Shown here: piece after piece, positions 50,439 to 60,873 of the stretch
How the letters are laid out: every line of letters starts with the position of its first letter
Position numbering within the stretch: position 1 is the first letter of the stretch
Source of the DNA: Candidatus Poribacteria bacterium
GTDB taxonomy: Bacteria > Poribacteria > WGA-4E > PCPOR2b
Length of the DNA: 64,000 nt
Direction: 5' to 3'
NCBI GenBank assembly: GCA_965208675.1
Contig: OZ242351.1
Location: 192,001 to 256,000 of the forward strand
Notes under the pieces: generated by a model
Seen by the model: only the letters and a program-made list of their open reading frames with translations
Databases searched by the model: none
Told to the model about the DNA's origin: nothing
Program-made: the position numbers and the translations under genes

Positions 50439-52463
50439 TTGGAACACTTCGAAGCAATCGAAAAACGCCTTTGGACTAGTGCGGATACCCTGCGTGCAAA
50501 CTCTAACTTTGCGAGTAATGAATACTTCCTTCCTGTAATGGGTCTCATCTTCCTTCGGCATGCATACAGCCGTTTCCTCAAGGTTAAGGACGAAATTGAA
50601 TCAACACTGCCAAAGCGAAAGGGAAAAACCCGCCCGCTCACTAAGGAAGACTTCTCACAGAAAAGGTCAATCTTTTTGCGCCCGGAAGCACAGTTTGACC
50701 ATCTCGTCGCCTTACCTGACAGCTATGATCGCGCTCAAGCAATCATCAGCGCCATGGATGGGATTGAAAGTGATTATGAATCCCTGCGCGGCGCCTTGCC
50801 GAAGACAGAATATCAAGAACTTGACAACGATGTTCTCGGTCAAATTCTTCGAATTTTCAACGATCCCGCTCTAAATCACGCCAATGGCGATGTTTTCGGG
50901 CGTATCTACGAGTATTTCCTTACCCAGTTTGCGGACCAGAGAGCACACGACGATGGGGAGTTTTTCACGCCAGCGTCACTAGTCCAAATAATTGTCAATT
51001 ACATTGAACCGGACGATGGTACGGTGCTCGACCCGGCGTGTGGATCGGGTGGCATGTTCGTGCAGAGTGCGCACTTCATCGAAAGTATGCACTGGAACCC
51101 GACAGAACGCGTTACGTTCTACGGTATGGAAAAGAACGCGACGACAATTCGACTCGCAAACATGAACCTCGCCGTGCACGGTTTGGAAGGAAACATAAAG
51201 AAAGCAATCACCTACTTCGATGATCCCCACGAACTGTTTGGGAAGTGCGACTTCGTGATGGCTAATCCTCCGTTCAATGTCGATGAAGTCGACGCAGAGA
51301 AAGTGAAAAGCGATCCTCGCCTCCCTTACGGTCTCCCTGGAGTGAACAAACAAGGTAAGGTCTCAAACGGCAACTATCTCTGGATCTCTTATTTTGATAG
51401 CTACTTGAACGAAAACGGGCGCGCGGGGTTCGTCATGTCCTCACAAGCGTCATCGGCGGGGCGTGAAGAGGCAAAGGTCCGGAAGAAATTAATTGAGTCG
51501 GACCATGTGGATGTCATGATGGCAATCCGTTCCAATTTCTTTTACACGCGCACGGTGCCATGCGAGCTCTGGTTTCTTGATAAGGCAAAGCCCGAGGAAC
51601 GGCGTGGCAAGGTGTTAATGATTGATGCGCGTGCCGTCTACCATCAGGTGACACGAAAAATTTACGATTTCACAACGGAACAACAGAAGAATCTCTCGGC
51701 AATTGTCTGGCTCTACCGGAGCGAAACAAACCGCTTCATAACTCTAGTTGCTGAATACCTTGGACGTATGATTGATTCGACGGAAGATGCACTTGGGGCA
51801 CTGAACATCTTTACGGCAGAACTTTCCAAGACAGTTGAGACGTTTGCAGACTGCGACCTAGACGTCAATTTAGCTAAGCGTACTGAGGAATTCAAGACTG
51901 CAGAGACAGCCTTTGTCGAAGATGTGTACAATTTCGAGGTTATGGCGAAAGAGATTTCCGACACTTGCAAATCACCGGAATCTGAAAATGGCCATTTGAA
52001 AGCCCTTGCGGAATCTGCAGAGCCGGTAGTTAATTGCGCCTCCGTTCTGGCTTCCAATGTCATTCAGCTTTATAAACTTCTGTCTTACCTCGTAATTGCG
52101 ACACAAAACGGACGCCGAGGTTGGCTCAAATCGCTTGATAAGATTCATAACGATACAGTCGAGAATCTTAGAATACCTGAATATTTTTGGCGGCAAGCAC
52201 GCTGGCTACAAGATCGATTTCCAGATGCAGAGATTTGAGATGTTGAGGGCCTTGTAAAGATTGTCGACCTAAAGGAGTTGGAAGAAAACGACTGGAGTTT
52301 AACACCGGGGCGATATGTTGGAGTTGCGCCGGAGGCGGACGACGACGATTTCGACTTTGACGTAACGATTCGAGAAATTCATCTCGGGCTTGAAGCACTC
52401 AACAAAAAGGCGGTTGACCGAGCGGCTAAGATTTCAAGTAATTTTGAGGATTTGAGGATTTGA
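50439..52463 (+). pseudogene. hsdM: Type I R-M methyltransferase subunit with in-frame TGA at 52236-52238
   Basis: GEFFTP, DPACGSGGMF, MANPPFN; after the TGA the same frame continues DVEGLVKIV..NDWSLTPGRYVGV to 52463. Confidence 0.88.
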
Positions 52464-52762
52464 GGGCGGGAGTTGGGCAAAGATCTCAACCGATTCGATT
52501 GTCGCGCTTTTGCCGAGAATGCAAAAATCCATTTTTAGCAGCAAATCGAGCATATACCGAATATCCTCTCATCGTTCCCAAACGCTTTCAGTGGAGGTGT
52601 TTGTTGGGTCGACTAGTATATCGATTTAATGGCGTTTTGGACGAACTAGCTAAAACACTACGACAGATGCGAACTGATGAACTGAATGCTGTAAATCTTG
52701 ATTCAGACAGGAATTGACGGAATGTCAAAGAATGCAGTGATTTTCCTAAAGGAATCCAGTTT

Positions 52763-53980
52763 ATGCCTGGTGCAAAGCAAACCTTACTTGACATTTGTAA
52801 ACTGATTGTTGATTGTGAACACAAGACTGCGCCAACTCAGGACACCGGCTATCCTTCGATCAGAACGCCAAATATTGGCAGAGGACGCCTATTACTTGAT
52901 GGGGTTAATCGTGTTTCAGAAGAAACCTATCGTGAATGGTCCAAACGTGCCATACCTCAAGCCGCGGATTTGATATTGGCTCGCGAAGCTCCCATTGGTA
53001 ATGTGGCAATTATCCCTAAAAATCTTAAAGTCTGCCTTGGTCAAAGAACTGTACTCATTAGACCAAATAAGAATAAGGTTTGTCCAATGTTTCTAGTATA
53101 TTTCATGCTTGGGAATGAGATTCAATCACGACTGTTGGGCCCTTCAACTGGAGCGACAGTCAGCCATCTAAACATGAGAGATATTAGAAATCTAGAAATC
53201 CCTAAACTCCCCTCACTCCGCATTCAACGTAAAATCGCCGACATTCTTTCTGGGTACGACGATTTAATCGAAATCAACCAGCAACGGGTTGCTTTGCTGG
53301 AACGGGCCGGGCGAGAGATTTACCGCGAGTGGTTTGTTCGTTTGCGATTCCCCGGTTATGAACGGGCAAAGATTGTCGATGGTGTTCCTGAAGGTTGGGA
53401 ACGTGTCCATCTAAGTAGGCTAGTATCGACTCAATATGGTTACACGGCGTCTGCTAACGAGAAATCTGTTGGTCCAAAATTTCTTCGCGGGACGGACATT
53501 AACAAGCGCTCCTACATAGATTGGGAGGCGGTGCCTTATTGTCCGGAAGATAACCTCAACTTCGAGAATTATGCCCTTAGACAGGGCGATTTACTTGTGA
53601 TTAGGATGGCGGACCCTGGGAAAGTCGCAATCGTCGAAAAGGAGATTAGAGCAATATTTGCATCCTATCTTGTCCGGTTATCGGTTCGAAAAGACGCGTT
53701 GATTGACCCATTGTACCTGTTCTATGTGTTAGCAGGGGCGGAGTATCAAGCGTTTATGCAAGCCGCAAGCACAGGATCAACACGGAAGAGCGCTAGTGCA
53801 AAACTCCTTACAAATTTCAATGTCCTTCGACCGCCAAAAAGTATTCAAGACTGCTTTGTGGATAAGATTCGCCCGATGCGGGAAATGATCGGGATGCTTC
53901 TTGACCAAAATTCAATGGCGGAGACAGCACGCGACCTAATGTTGCCACGCTTGATGTCTGGTCAGTTGATAGTGTGCTGA
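52763..53980 (+). CDS. hsdS: Type I R-M specificity subunit
   Basis: Two TRDs separated by PSLRIQRKIADILSGYDDLIE..REWFV..VPEGWE; C-terminal RDLMLPRLMSG. Confidence 0.93.
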   Translation: MPGAKQTLLDICKLIVDCEHKTAPTQDTGYPSIRTPNIGRGRLLLDGVNRVSEETYREWSKRAIPQAADLILAREAPIGNVAIIPKNLKVCLGQRTVLIRPNKNKVCPMFLVYFMLGNEIQSRLLGPSTGATVSHLNMRDIRNLEIPKLPSLRIQRKIADILSGYDDLIEINQQRVALLERAGREIYREWFVRLRFPGYERAKIVDGVPEGWERVHLSRLVSTQYGYTASANEKSVGPKFLRGTDINKRSYIDWEAVPYCPEDNLNFENYALRQGDLLVIRMADPGKVAIVEKEIRAIFASYLVRLSVRKDALIDPLYLFYVLAGAEYQAFMQAASTGSTRKSASAKLLTNFNVLRPPKSIQDCFVDKIRPMREMIGMLLDQNSMAETARDLMLPRLMSGQLIVC

Positions 53981-54087
53981 CACTTCACGAAGTGAGCCTC
54001 CCCATGTGCAGCTCTACGAACGTTGGACTCAAAAGGGATTGATTTAAGCGTAAAAGCAGAAGGCGCAGCCGATTACAACCGTCCGAA

Positions 54088-57000
54088 ATGGGAGGTATAG
54101 TCAACCCCCCAAATTTTTTTATGCCCATGAACATTTCATCTTCCTATACGGAAGACAACCTCGTTCAACTGCCTACTGCCGACTATTTGGAAGACGAGTT
54201 CGGTTGGGAATCAGTCTATGCTTACAACACCGAGACCTTTGGTCCGGAAGGGACGCTTGGACGCGTGGACGAGACCGAAGTCGTTTTGACTCGTTATCTC
54301 CGGAAAGCGCTCGAAACTTTCAATCCCAATCTTCCGTCCGAAGCGTACCAAAATGCTATTCGCGAAATCATCGAAGTAAGCTCGGCAGAGTCAACTTTGC
54401 AGACTAACCATGAAAAATACAATCTCCTACGTAACGGCGTGAAAGTGTCTTATCGGGATTCACGCAATAACATACAAACTCGGACATTGCGAGTCTTTGA
54501 TTTCGACGACGCAGAGAATAATCACTTCCTCGCTGTGCGGGAGTTGTGGATTATGGGTCCGCTGTATCGCCGCCGCGCCGATATTGTCGGTTTCGTCAAT
54601 GGGGTCCCATTGCTGTTCATGGAACTCAAAAACGTCTACCGCAACATCCGCCGTGCGTATGACGAAAACCTCGCAGACTATAAAGATACCATAGCCCACA
54701 TCTTTCATCACAACGCCTTCGTCGTTTTGGGCAATGGTGTCGACGCACGGATTGGCAGTTTCTCGGCATCGTTTGAGCTATTCCGTGAATGGAAACGTCT
54801 TGATGAAGACGACCCCGGCGTCGTAAATATGGAGACGCTTCTCAAGGGCGTTTGCACTAAATCTAACTTCCTTGATCTTTTCGAGAATTTCATTCTATTT
54901 GATGATAGCGGGGGCGAACAAATCAAGGTTGTTGCTCAGAATCAACAATATCTAGGCGTCAATCGTGCCATCGGTTCACTTGAGGACCGACTTGGAATTG
55001 GTGGAAAACTTGGTGTCTTTTGGCGCACGCAAGGCGCTGGAAAGTCCTATTCAATGGTGTTCTTTAGTCGGAAAGTGCACCGAAAACTCGGCGGTAACTT
55101 CACGTTTTTAGTGCTGTGTGACCGCGACGATCTAGACACCCAGATTTACCGAACCTATGCCGGTTGTAGGCTAGTTGGTGAAAACGAGGAAATAAGGCCA
55201 AAAACTGGTAAACACCTGAAGCGATTACTTGGCGAACATAAAGCTTACGTGTTCTCGCTCATCCAGAAATTCAACCAAGATGTTCTGCCCGGCGAACCGT
55301 ACTCTGACCGGAAGGACATCATCGTCATCGTCGACGAGGCTCACCGTACACAATACGGCAGCTTGGCGGTGAACTTACGCAACGCACTCCCGAACGCCCT
55401 TTACATTGCATTCACCGGCACTCCGCTAATGAAGGATAACGAGATAACTCGTCAGGTCTTCGGCGACTACATTTCCCGATACGGGTTCCAACGGGCGGTC
55501 GAGGATGGCGCAACGGTGCCGCTCTACTACGACGCCCGCGGCGAAAAATTATGCGTCGCAACGGACGACCTTAATGAGAAGATTGCCGAAAAATTGGAGG
55601 AACTTGAACTTTCTGATGTTGATGTTGAACAGCGCCTAGAACAGGAACTCAAACGCGAATACCATCTTATCACTGCCCCTGAGAGGCTTGACGCCATAGC
55701 GAAGGATTTTGTAAAGCATTATTGCGCGGCGTGGGGCAGCGGTAAGGCCATGTTCATTACGATTGATAAAATCACCGCTGTGAAGATGCACGCGTTAATC
55801 ACAAAATATTGGCAGGAACGTATTGCCGAACTGGAAACCGCGGTTTCTGATTCGACCTACGATCACGAAGACTCTTCGCTGAATGACCAGTGTGACTGGA
55901 TGAAAGCGACACAGATTGCTGTCGTTATTAGCGAGGCACAGGGAGAAGTCCAAACGTTCCGAAAGTGGGACATTGACATAATTAAGCACCGAAAGCGGAT
56001 TAAGGACGGCTTTGAAACGCCGGACGGTCAGCGAATTGATGTTGAATCCGCTTTCAAGAAGGACAACCATCCTTTTCGAGTCGCTATTGTTTGCGCCATG
56101 TGGCTCACCGGTTTTGACGTCAAGAGTCTTACGACGCTCTATCTCGACAAACCGCTAAAAGCACACACGCTAATGCAAGCCATCGCACGGGCAAATCGTG
56201 TGCATGTAGGAAAAAATAACGGTCTCATTGTGGACTATTGCGGCATTTTGAAAAACCTCCGCAGTGCACTGGCGACATTCGCGGGACACACCGGATCTAA
56301 AGACTATGAGGAGTCCGTCCTACCTGCAAAACCTCACGAAGACTTGCTTGAGGAACTTCGCGAAGCTATTGAAATGGTACGCGCTTTCCTAGCTGAGAAA
56401 GGATTCCGACTCGAGGATATCATTGAGAAAGTCGGTTTTGAGCGAAATGCAGCAATAATCGCTGCCAAGGAAATAATCAACGAAACTGACGAAACTAGGA
56501 AACATTTCGAAATTATGGCGCGCGAAGTGTTTCGAAAGTTCAAAGCCTGTATAACCTTGCCGGGAATAAACAACTTTCGAAGTGACTATGATGCGATTAA
56601 CATCGTGTACAAGAGTCTTGCAGACGATCGTGACAAAGCTGACATCGCGCACATCATACAGGAACTACATGGGATCATTGGTGAAAACATCGAAGTCACC
56701 GAGTCCGAAGATTTAGCAGAAGGTTATAAAATTTATGATATTTCAGCCATTGATTTTGAGTTACTACGCCGGGAATTCGCGGATAGTCCGACAAAGAACA
56801 CTTTGGTGCAGAATCTGAAAGTTGCTATAGAGAAACGGCTCGCAGTAATGGTGGCGCAGAACCCTCTTAGGACAGATTTTCAAGAGCATTATGAAACACT
56901 CGTCGCGGAATACAACAAAGAAAAAGATCGTGTGACAATCGAACAGACTTTTGAGGCGTTGCTAAAACTGGTCGCAGATTTGGACGAGGAGCAGAAACGT

Positions 57001-57330
57001 GCAATCCGTGTGGGGCTTGACGAAGAGACGCTTGCGCTATTCGATTTACTGAAGAAGGAGAATCTGACGCCCAATGAAATTAAACGCATTAAGGTAGTAG
57101 CCATTGACCTTCACGCAAAACTCAACGCAGAAATAGAACGTATCCGGGACTGGGAAAGTAAATTCGCAACACGAGACGCGATGAAGCAAACCATCTATGA
57201 CTTTCTCTACAGAGATGAGACGGGACTACCTGAATCCTATTCTAACGCCGAGATTTCACAGAAGTCAGAGGTAGTATATCTACATCTTTTGCACCAATGT
57301 CAACACACGGCAGCGCTTTCTGCAAGATGA
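54088..57330 (+). CDS. hsdR: Type I R-M restriction subunit
   Basis: RADIVGFVNGVPLLFMELK nuclease, TQGAGKS, VDEAHR, FTGTP, MWLTGFD, MQAIARANR; start may be slightly downstream. Confidence 0.94.
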   Translation: MGGIVNPPNFFMPMNISSSYTEDNLVQLPTADYLEDEFGWESVYAYNTETFGPEGTLGRVDETEVVLTRYLRKALETFNPNLPSEAYQNAIREIIEVSSAESTLQTNHEKYNLLRNGVKVSYRDSRNNIQTRTLRVFDFDDAENNHFLAVRELWIMGPLYRRRADIVGFVNGVPLLFMELKNVYRNIRRAYDENLADYKDTIAHIFHHNAFVVLGNGVDARIGSFSASFELFREWKRLDEDDPGVVNMETLLKGVCTKSNFLDLFENFILFDDSGGEQIKVVAQNQQYLGVNRAIGSLEDRLGIGGKLGVFWRTQGAGKSYSMVFFSRKVHRKLGGNFTFLVLCDRDDLDTQIYRTYAGCRLVGENEEIRPKTGKHLKRLLGEHKAYVFSLIQKFNQDVLPGEPYSDRKDIIVIVDEAHRTQYGSLAVNLRNALPNALYIAFTGTPLMKDNEITRQVFGDYISRYGFQRAVEDGATVPLYYDARGEKLCVATDDLNEKIAEKLEELELSDVDVEQRLEQELKREYHLITAPERLDAIAKDFVKHYCAAWGSGKAMFITIDKITAVKMHALITKYWQERIAELETAVSDSTYDHEDSSLNDQCDWMKATQIAVVISEAQGEVQTFRKWDIDIIKHRKRIKDGFETPDGQRIDVESAFKKDNHPFRVAIVCAMWLTGFDVKSLTTLYLDKPLKAHTLMQAIARANRVHVGKNNGLIVDYCGILKNLRSALATFAGHTGSKDYEESVLPAKPHEDLLEELREAIEMVRAFLAEKGFRLEDIIEKVGFERNAAIIAAKEIINETDETRKHFEIMAREVFRKFKACITLPGINNFRSDYDAINIVYKSLADDRDKADIAHIIQELHGIIGENIEVTESEDLAEGYKIYDISAIDFELLRREFADSPTKNTLVQNLKVAIEKRLAVMVAQNPLRTDFQEHYETLVAEYNKEKDRVTIEQTFEALLKLVADLDEEQKRAIRVGLDEETLALFDLLKKENLTPNEIKRIKVVAIDLHAKLNAEIERIRDWESKFATRDAMKQTIYDFLYRDETGLPESYSNAEISQKSEVVYLHLLHQCQHTAALSAR

Positions 57331-57452
57331 AAGCCCATACACCAAACTAACGGCGTCATCTTCCAATTAGATTCCTTTGGGTAGCATTCTCCGACGCTGC
57401 TGAATAGAAAGATGATTATGTATTTGGTCAATACGATTAATTTAGAGATAAC

Positions 57453-59204
57453 ATGACCCAACATACCCACGATATTAGTGTTACCAGAATAGAAGCGGAT
57501 GACTTCGCCCGTCGCTGGTCGTTGCGTAAACAAAAGCTAATGTGGTTTCTCGGAGCAGGCGCATCGGCCTCTGCCGGCGTTCCTACAGCCATTGACATGG
57601 TGTGGGATTTCAAGCAGGAATTGTACGTTAGTCAGCAGAAGGTTTCACGTCAAGCTGTAGCCGACCTTTCAAATCCATCAGTGCGTAGGATACTGCAGTC
57701 CCACATCAAATCCATGGAAAACATGCCCGAGTCCGGAGCTACGGATGAGTATGCAGCGCTCTTTGAAAAGGTGTATCCATCGGAAGCCGATCGTAGTACC
57801 TATATCAAAGCCTTCATAGATGGAGCAAAACCATCATACGGACACTTGGCGCTGGCTACCCTGATGCGTGAAAGGCTTATCCGCCTTGTGTGGACGACAA
57901 ACTTCGATCGTCTCTTGGAGGATGCCTGTGCTAGGATCTATGAAACTACAGGTTCATTAACTACCGTGGACCTAGATTCACCCCACAAAGCAAAGCAAGT
58001 TATTGATGATGAGCAGTGGCCAATTGAAATCAAACTTCATGGCGATTTCCATTCGCGACGCCTTAAGAACACACCGAATGAACTTCGTCAGCAGGACACA
58101 CATCTGCGAAAAATGCTCGTTGATTCATGCCAGCGATATGGACTTGTCGTAGTTGGTTTTAGCGGTCGTGATGATTCAGTTATGGATGCTCTCGATGAAG
58201 CCGTGAAACTTTCAGGCTCCTATCCGCATGGATTATTCTGGTTGCATCGTGGGGAAACGCCGCCACCCCGTGTATGTGAACTGTTAAGTCAAGCGCACAA
58301 AAATGGGATTGAAGCGGGGATGGTGCAAATCGAGAACTTCGATGAAATACTGCGCGATTTAGTCCGACTTTTAGAGGACATTGATACCATTAAACTGGAT
58401 GAGTTTGCTACGGAACAACGATGGTGGACCGGTGCGCCCCGTCCCGTTGGCAAAAAAGCGTGGCCAATTGTGCGGCTCAATGGGTTACGTGTTACAGAAG
58501 TACCGAGTGTATGCAGGCGCATAGTATGTGAGATTGGCGGGATTTCAGACGTGCGGGCGGCTGTCGAAAAGGCTGGCGCTAACGTAATCGCTACTCGTAC
58601 CCATGCGGGCGTCCTAGCTTTCGGTGTAGACAGTGAGGTCTGTACGACTTTCGATGCCTTCGGCATCACTGAATTCGATCTTTATACACTCGAAACCAAG
58701 CGGCAGAGATTTGACTCCATTGAACGAGGTCTTCTTCGAGAAGCATTGACCGCTGCGATTGTTCGCCAAGGTAGATTGGAGGTTGTAGGTCGCCGACGCG
58801 GCACCGATTTGTTGGCACCCGCCAATCCGGGAGCGGACATATGGCGACGATTGATAAAGCTAGTGGGAGCTATCGCAGGTAGGGTTCACAACTGTCCAGA
58901 GCTACAATGGAGAGAAGGCATCAGCATTCGTCTTGATTGGGCAAACGATAATCTGTGGCTTTTAATTGAACCGCGTGTTGTGTTCGATGGGATGGCACAA
59001 GAACACAAGATTGCCGCGGCGGCCTTTGCTCGCGCACGTACTGTAAAACGCTATAACAAGAAACTCAACGACCTTATCGACTTTTGGGCACAATGCGTGC
59101 TAGACCATGGAGACAAACTCCGAGCGCTCGACATCGGTGACGGAGTCGATGCTGTCTATCGTCTTTCACGACACACCGCCTTTTCATGGAGATCAAATGC
59201 ATGA
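57453..59204 (+). CDS. SIR2-APAZ NADase effector of a short Argonaute system
   Basis: FLGAGASASAGVPTA, WTTNFD, IKLHGDF, VVGFSGRD; C-terminal PIVRLNGL..RTVKRYNKKLNDLIDFW APAZ-like region. Confidence 0.9.
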   Translation: MTQHTHDISVTRIEADDFARRWSLRKQKLMWFLGAGASASAGVPTAIDMVWDFKQELYVSQQKVSRQAVADLSNPSVRRILQSHIKSMENMPESGATDEYAALFEKVYPSEADRSTYIKAFIDGAKPSYGHLALATLMRERLIRLVWTTNFDRLLEDACARIYETTGSLTTVDLDSPHKAKQVIDDEQWPIEIKLHGDFHSRRLKNTPNELRQQDTHLRKMLVDSCQRYGLVVVGFSGRDDSVMDALDEAVKLSGSYPHGLFWLHRGETPPPRVCELLSQAHKNGIEAGMVQIENFDEILRDLVRLLEDIDTIKLDEFATEQRWWTGAPRPVGKKAWPIVRLNGLRVTEVPSVCRRIVCEIGGISDVRAAVEKAGANVIATRTHAGVLAFGVDSEVCTTFDAFGITEFDLYTLETKRQRFDSIERGLLREALTAAIVRQGRLEVVGRRRGTDLLAPANPGADIWRRLIKLVGAIAGRVHNCPELQWREGISIRLDWANDNLWLLIEPRVVFDGMAQEHKIAAAAFARARTVKRYNKKLNDLIDFWAQCVLDHGDKLRALDIGDGVDAVYRLSRHTAFSWRSNA

Positions 59205-60634
59205 ACAGTCAAAGCGAAATCGCAATGCATTTTTATTTTCCGGAACCAAAACTCGCATTTCACCCGGACCGCACCGCGGATTCCGGTCTTCACCCGTTGC
59301 GCGGATTGTTGCAGTTTAGTCCTTATTCCACCGATTGGGTGCCCGACCCGGTACGAGTGGCTACGGTTGTACCTTTCGGCGACAGTGACCGCCTTTTCAA
59401 ATTTATGAAGCGACTTCACACCCCGTATAAACCAAACGAGCGTTCAGATTACCTTCCTGAATGGCCCGGTTTTCACAGAGTGTTTGGACTGCATCTACGC
59501 GCGGCAAATAGCCATTGCCACATTACGCTTGATGCCAACCTTCAAACTGACTTTGATAAATCGCGCAACCCGCACTCAGTATTGACCGAACACCTTGTAC
59601 GTGCCATACAGCGTTTACAAGCACACCGGAATGAGTTTGATGTCATTGTTATTTACATCCCCGAACGATGGGCTCCCGGCTATACCGGCGGCGTATCCGA
59701 TGAAGACTTCGATCTTCACGATCACCTGAAGGCAACGACTGCGACGCTCGGGTTACCAATTCAACTAATAAAGGAGGACGGCGCGGTCAATTATCACTGT
59801 CAAGCAAGTGTAATGTGGCATCTCGGTTTGGCACTGTACGTAAAAGCCGGTGGGGTCCCATGGAAATTGGCGGAGTTCGATCCCGAGATGGCCTACATAG
59901 GTATTTCATATGCGGTTCGTCCTGTAGAGTCCGATAAACCGCGGTTCGTCACATGCTGCAGTCAGGTGTTTGATGCCGAGGGGTCAGGTCTAGAGTTTGT
60001 CGCTTACGACGCCCGTGAAGTTGAAATTCAACAAGACAACCCTTTCCTGTCACGCAACGAGATGTTTCGCGTAATGACTCGTTCACTTGACCTTTATCGT
60101 CGTCGCCACGCCGGAAACTCGCCGCGTCGAGTAATGGTACATAAGAACTCACAGTTTAAACGTGCAGAAATCGAAGGGGCTATGGAAGCGTTTCATCTAT
60201 GCGAATCAGTTGACCTCGTGCAAGTCGTTGAAGGTGTGAATTGGAGAGGCGTACGCATTGATCGGGCTAACGATAGTTCCCAAAAGGGATTTCCTGCGCC
60301 GTATCCCGTTTTCCGAGGCACACTGATTCCCCTTGGACCACGGGATGCGTTACTATGGACTCATGGCGACGTACGCAATATTAGCCGAAAAGGTTCCTAT
60401 TTCAAGGGCGCAAGTGGCACTCCTTATCCATTAAAACTTGTTCGACATGCAGGCCATGGTTCTTGGGACGACACAGCGCGCGCAGTTTTGGGACTATCCA
60501 AAATGAACTGGAACAACGATTCACTCTACGACTCGTTGCCAGTTACCATGCGCTATGCAAAAGTACTCGCCCGCGTGGTAAAGCGAATGCCAAGTCTCAG
60601 GCGGACACCGTATCAATTCCGATTCTTCATGTAA
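59201..60634 (+). CDS. Short prokaryotic Argonaute (MID-PIWI, non-catalytic)
   Basis: EPKLAF, HPLRGL, DLHDHLKA, LYVKAGGVPW, AYIGISY, CCSQVFD, VHKN, RGT, LSKMNWN, LPVT, FRFFM; ATG overlaps the SIR2 TGA. Confidence 0.92.
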   Translation: MNSQSEIAMHFYFPEPKLAFHPDRTADSGLHPLRGLLQFSPYSTDWVPDPVRVATVVPFGDSDRLFKFMKRLHTPYKPNERSDYLPEWPGFHRVFGLHLRAANSHCHITLDANLQTDFDKSRNPHSVLTEHLVRAIQRLQAHRNEFDVIVIYIPERWAPGYTGGVSDEDFDLHDHLKATTATLGLPIQLIKEDGAVNYHCQASVMWHLGLALYVKAGGVPWKLAEFDPEMAYIGISYAVRPVESDKPRFVTCCSQVFDAEGSGLEFVAYDAREVEIQQDNPFLSRNEMFRVMTRSLDLYRRRHAGNSPRRVMVHKNSQFKRAEIEGAMEAFHLCESVDLVQVVEGVNWRGVRIDRANDSSQKGFPAPYPVFRGTLIPLGPRDALLWTHGDVRNISRKGSYFKGASGTPYPLKLVRHAGHGSWDDTARAVLGLSKMNWNNDSLYDSLPVTMRYAKVLARVVKRMPSLRRTPYQFRFFM

Positions 60635-60873
60635 GATTTTGTGTTGGCGATGGTAAAGGTTTCGATCGTAAAGACGTACAGATGTTACGGCTAAATTAGA
60701 CCTTTGAGACCATCGCATACCGTTTGAATTTCCTTCGCGAATCTGGTAAAATCGGATCATACACCATTCAGTGACGAGATAGTACCGAGAACGGATTCAA
60801 GTGCAGTAATGGCATTGAGTAGATTAAACTTAGTAGTTGTTGCATCAACATTGGTTAAGAATGTAAGGGCGGA

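Noticed and set aside
52236-52238. TGA as selenocysteine or an alternative genetic code
   Set aside because: The position is not Cys-like and many genes in the window end in TGA
52460-52717. 85-aa ORF between hsdM and hsdS
   Set aside because: No recognisable motif or good RBS; possibly a gene remnant but unsupported
55021-55047. HsdR motif WRTQGAGKS instead of the usual WHTQGSGKS
   Set aside because: Walker A Lys is intact; a single substitution is not enough to claim inactivation
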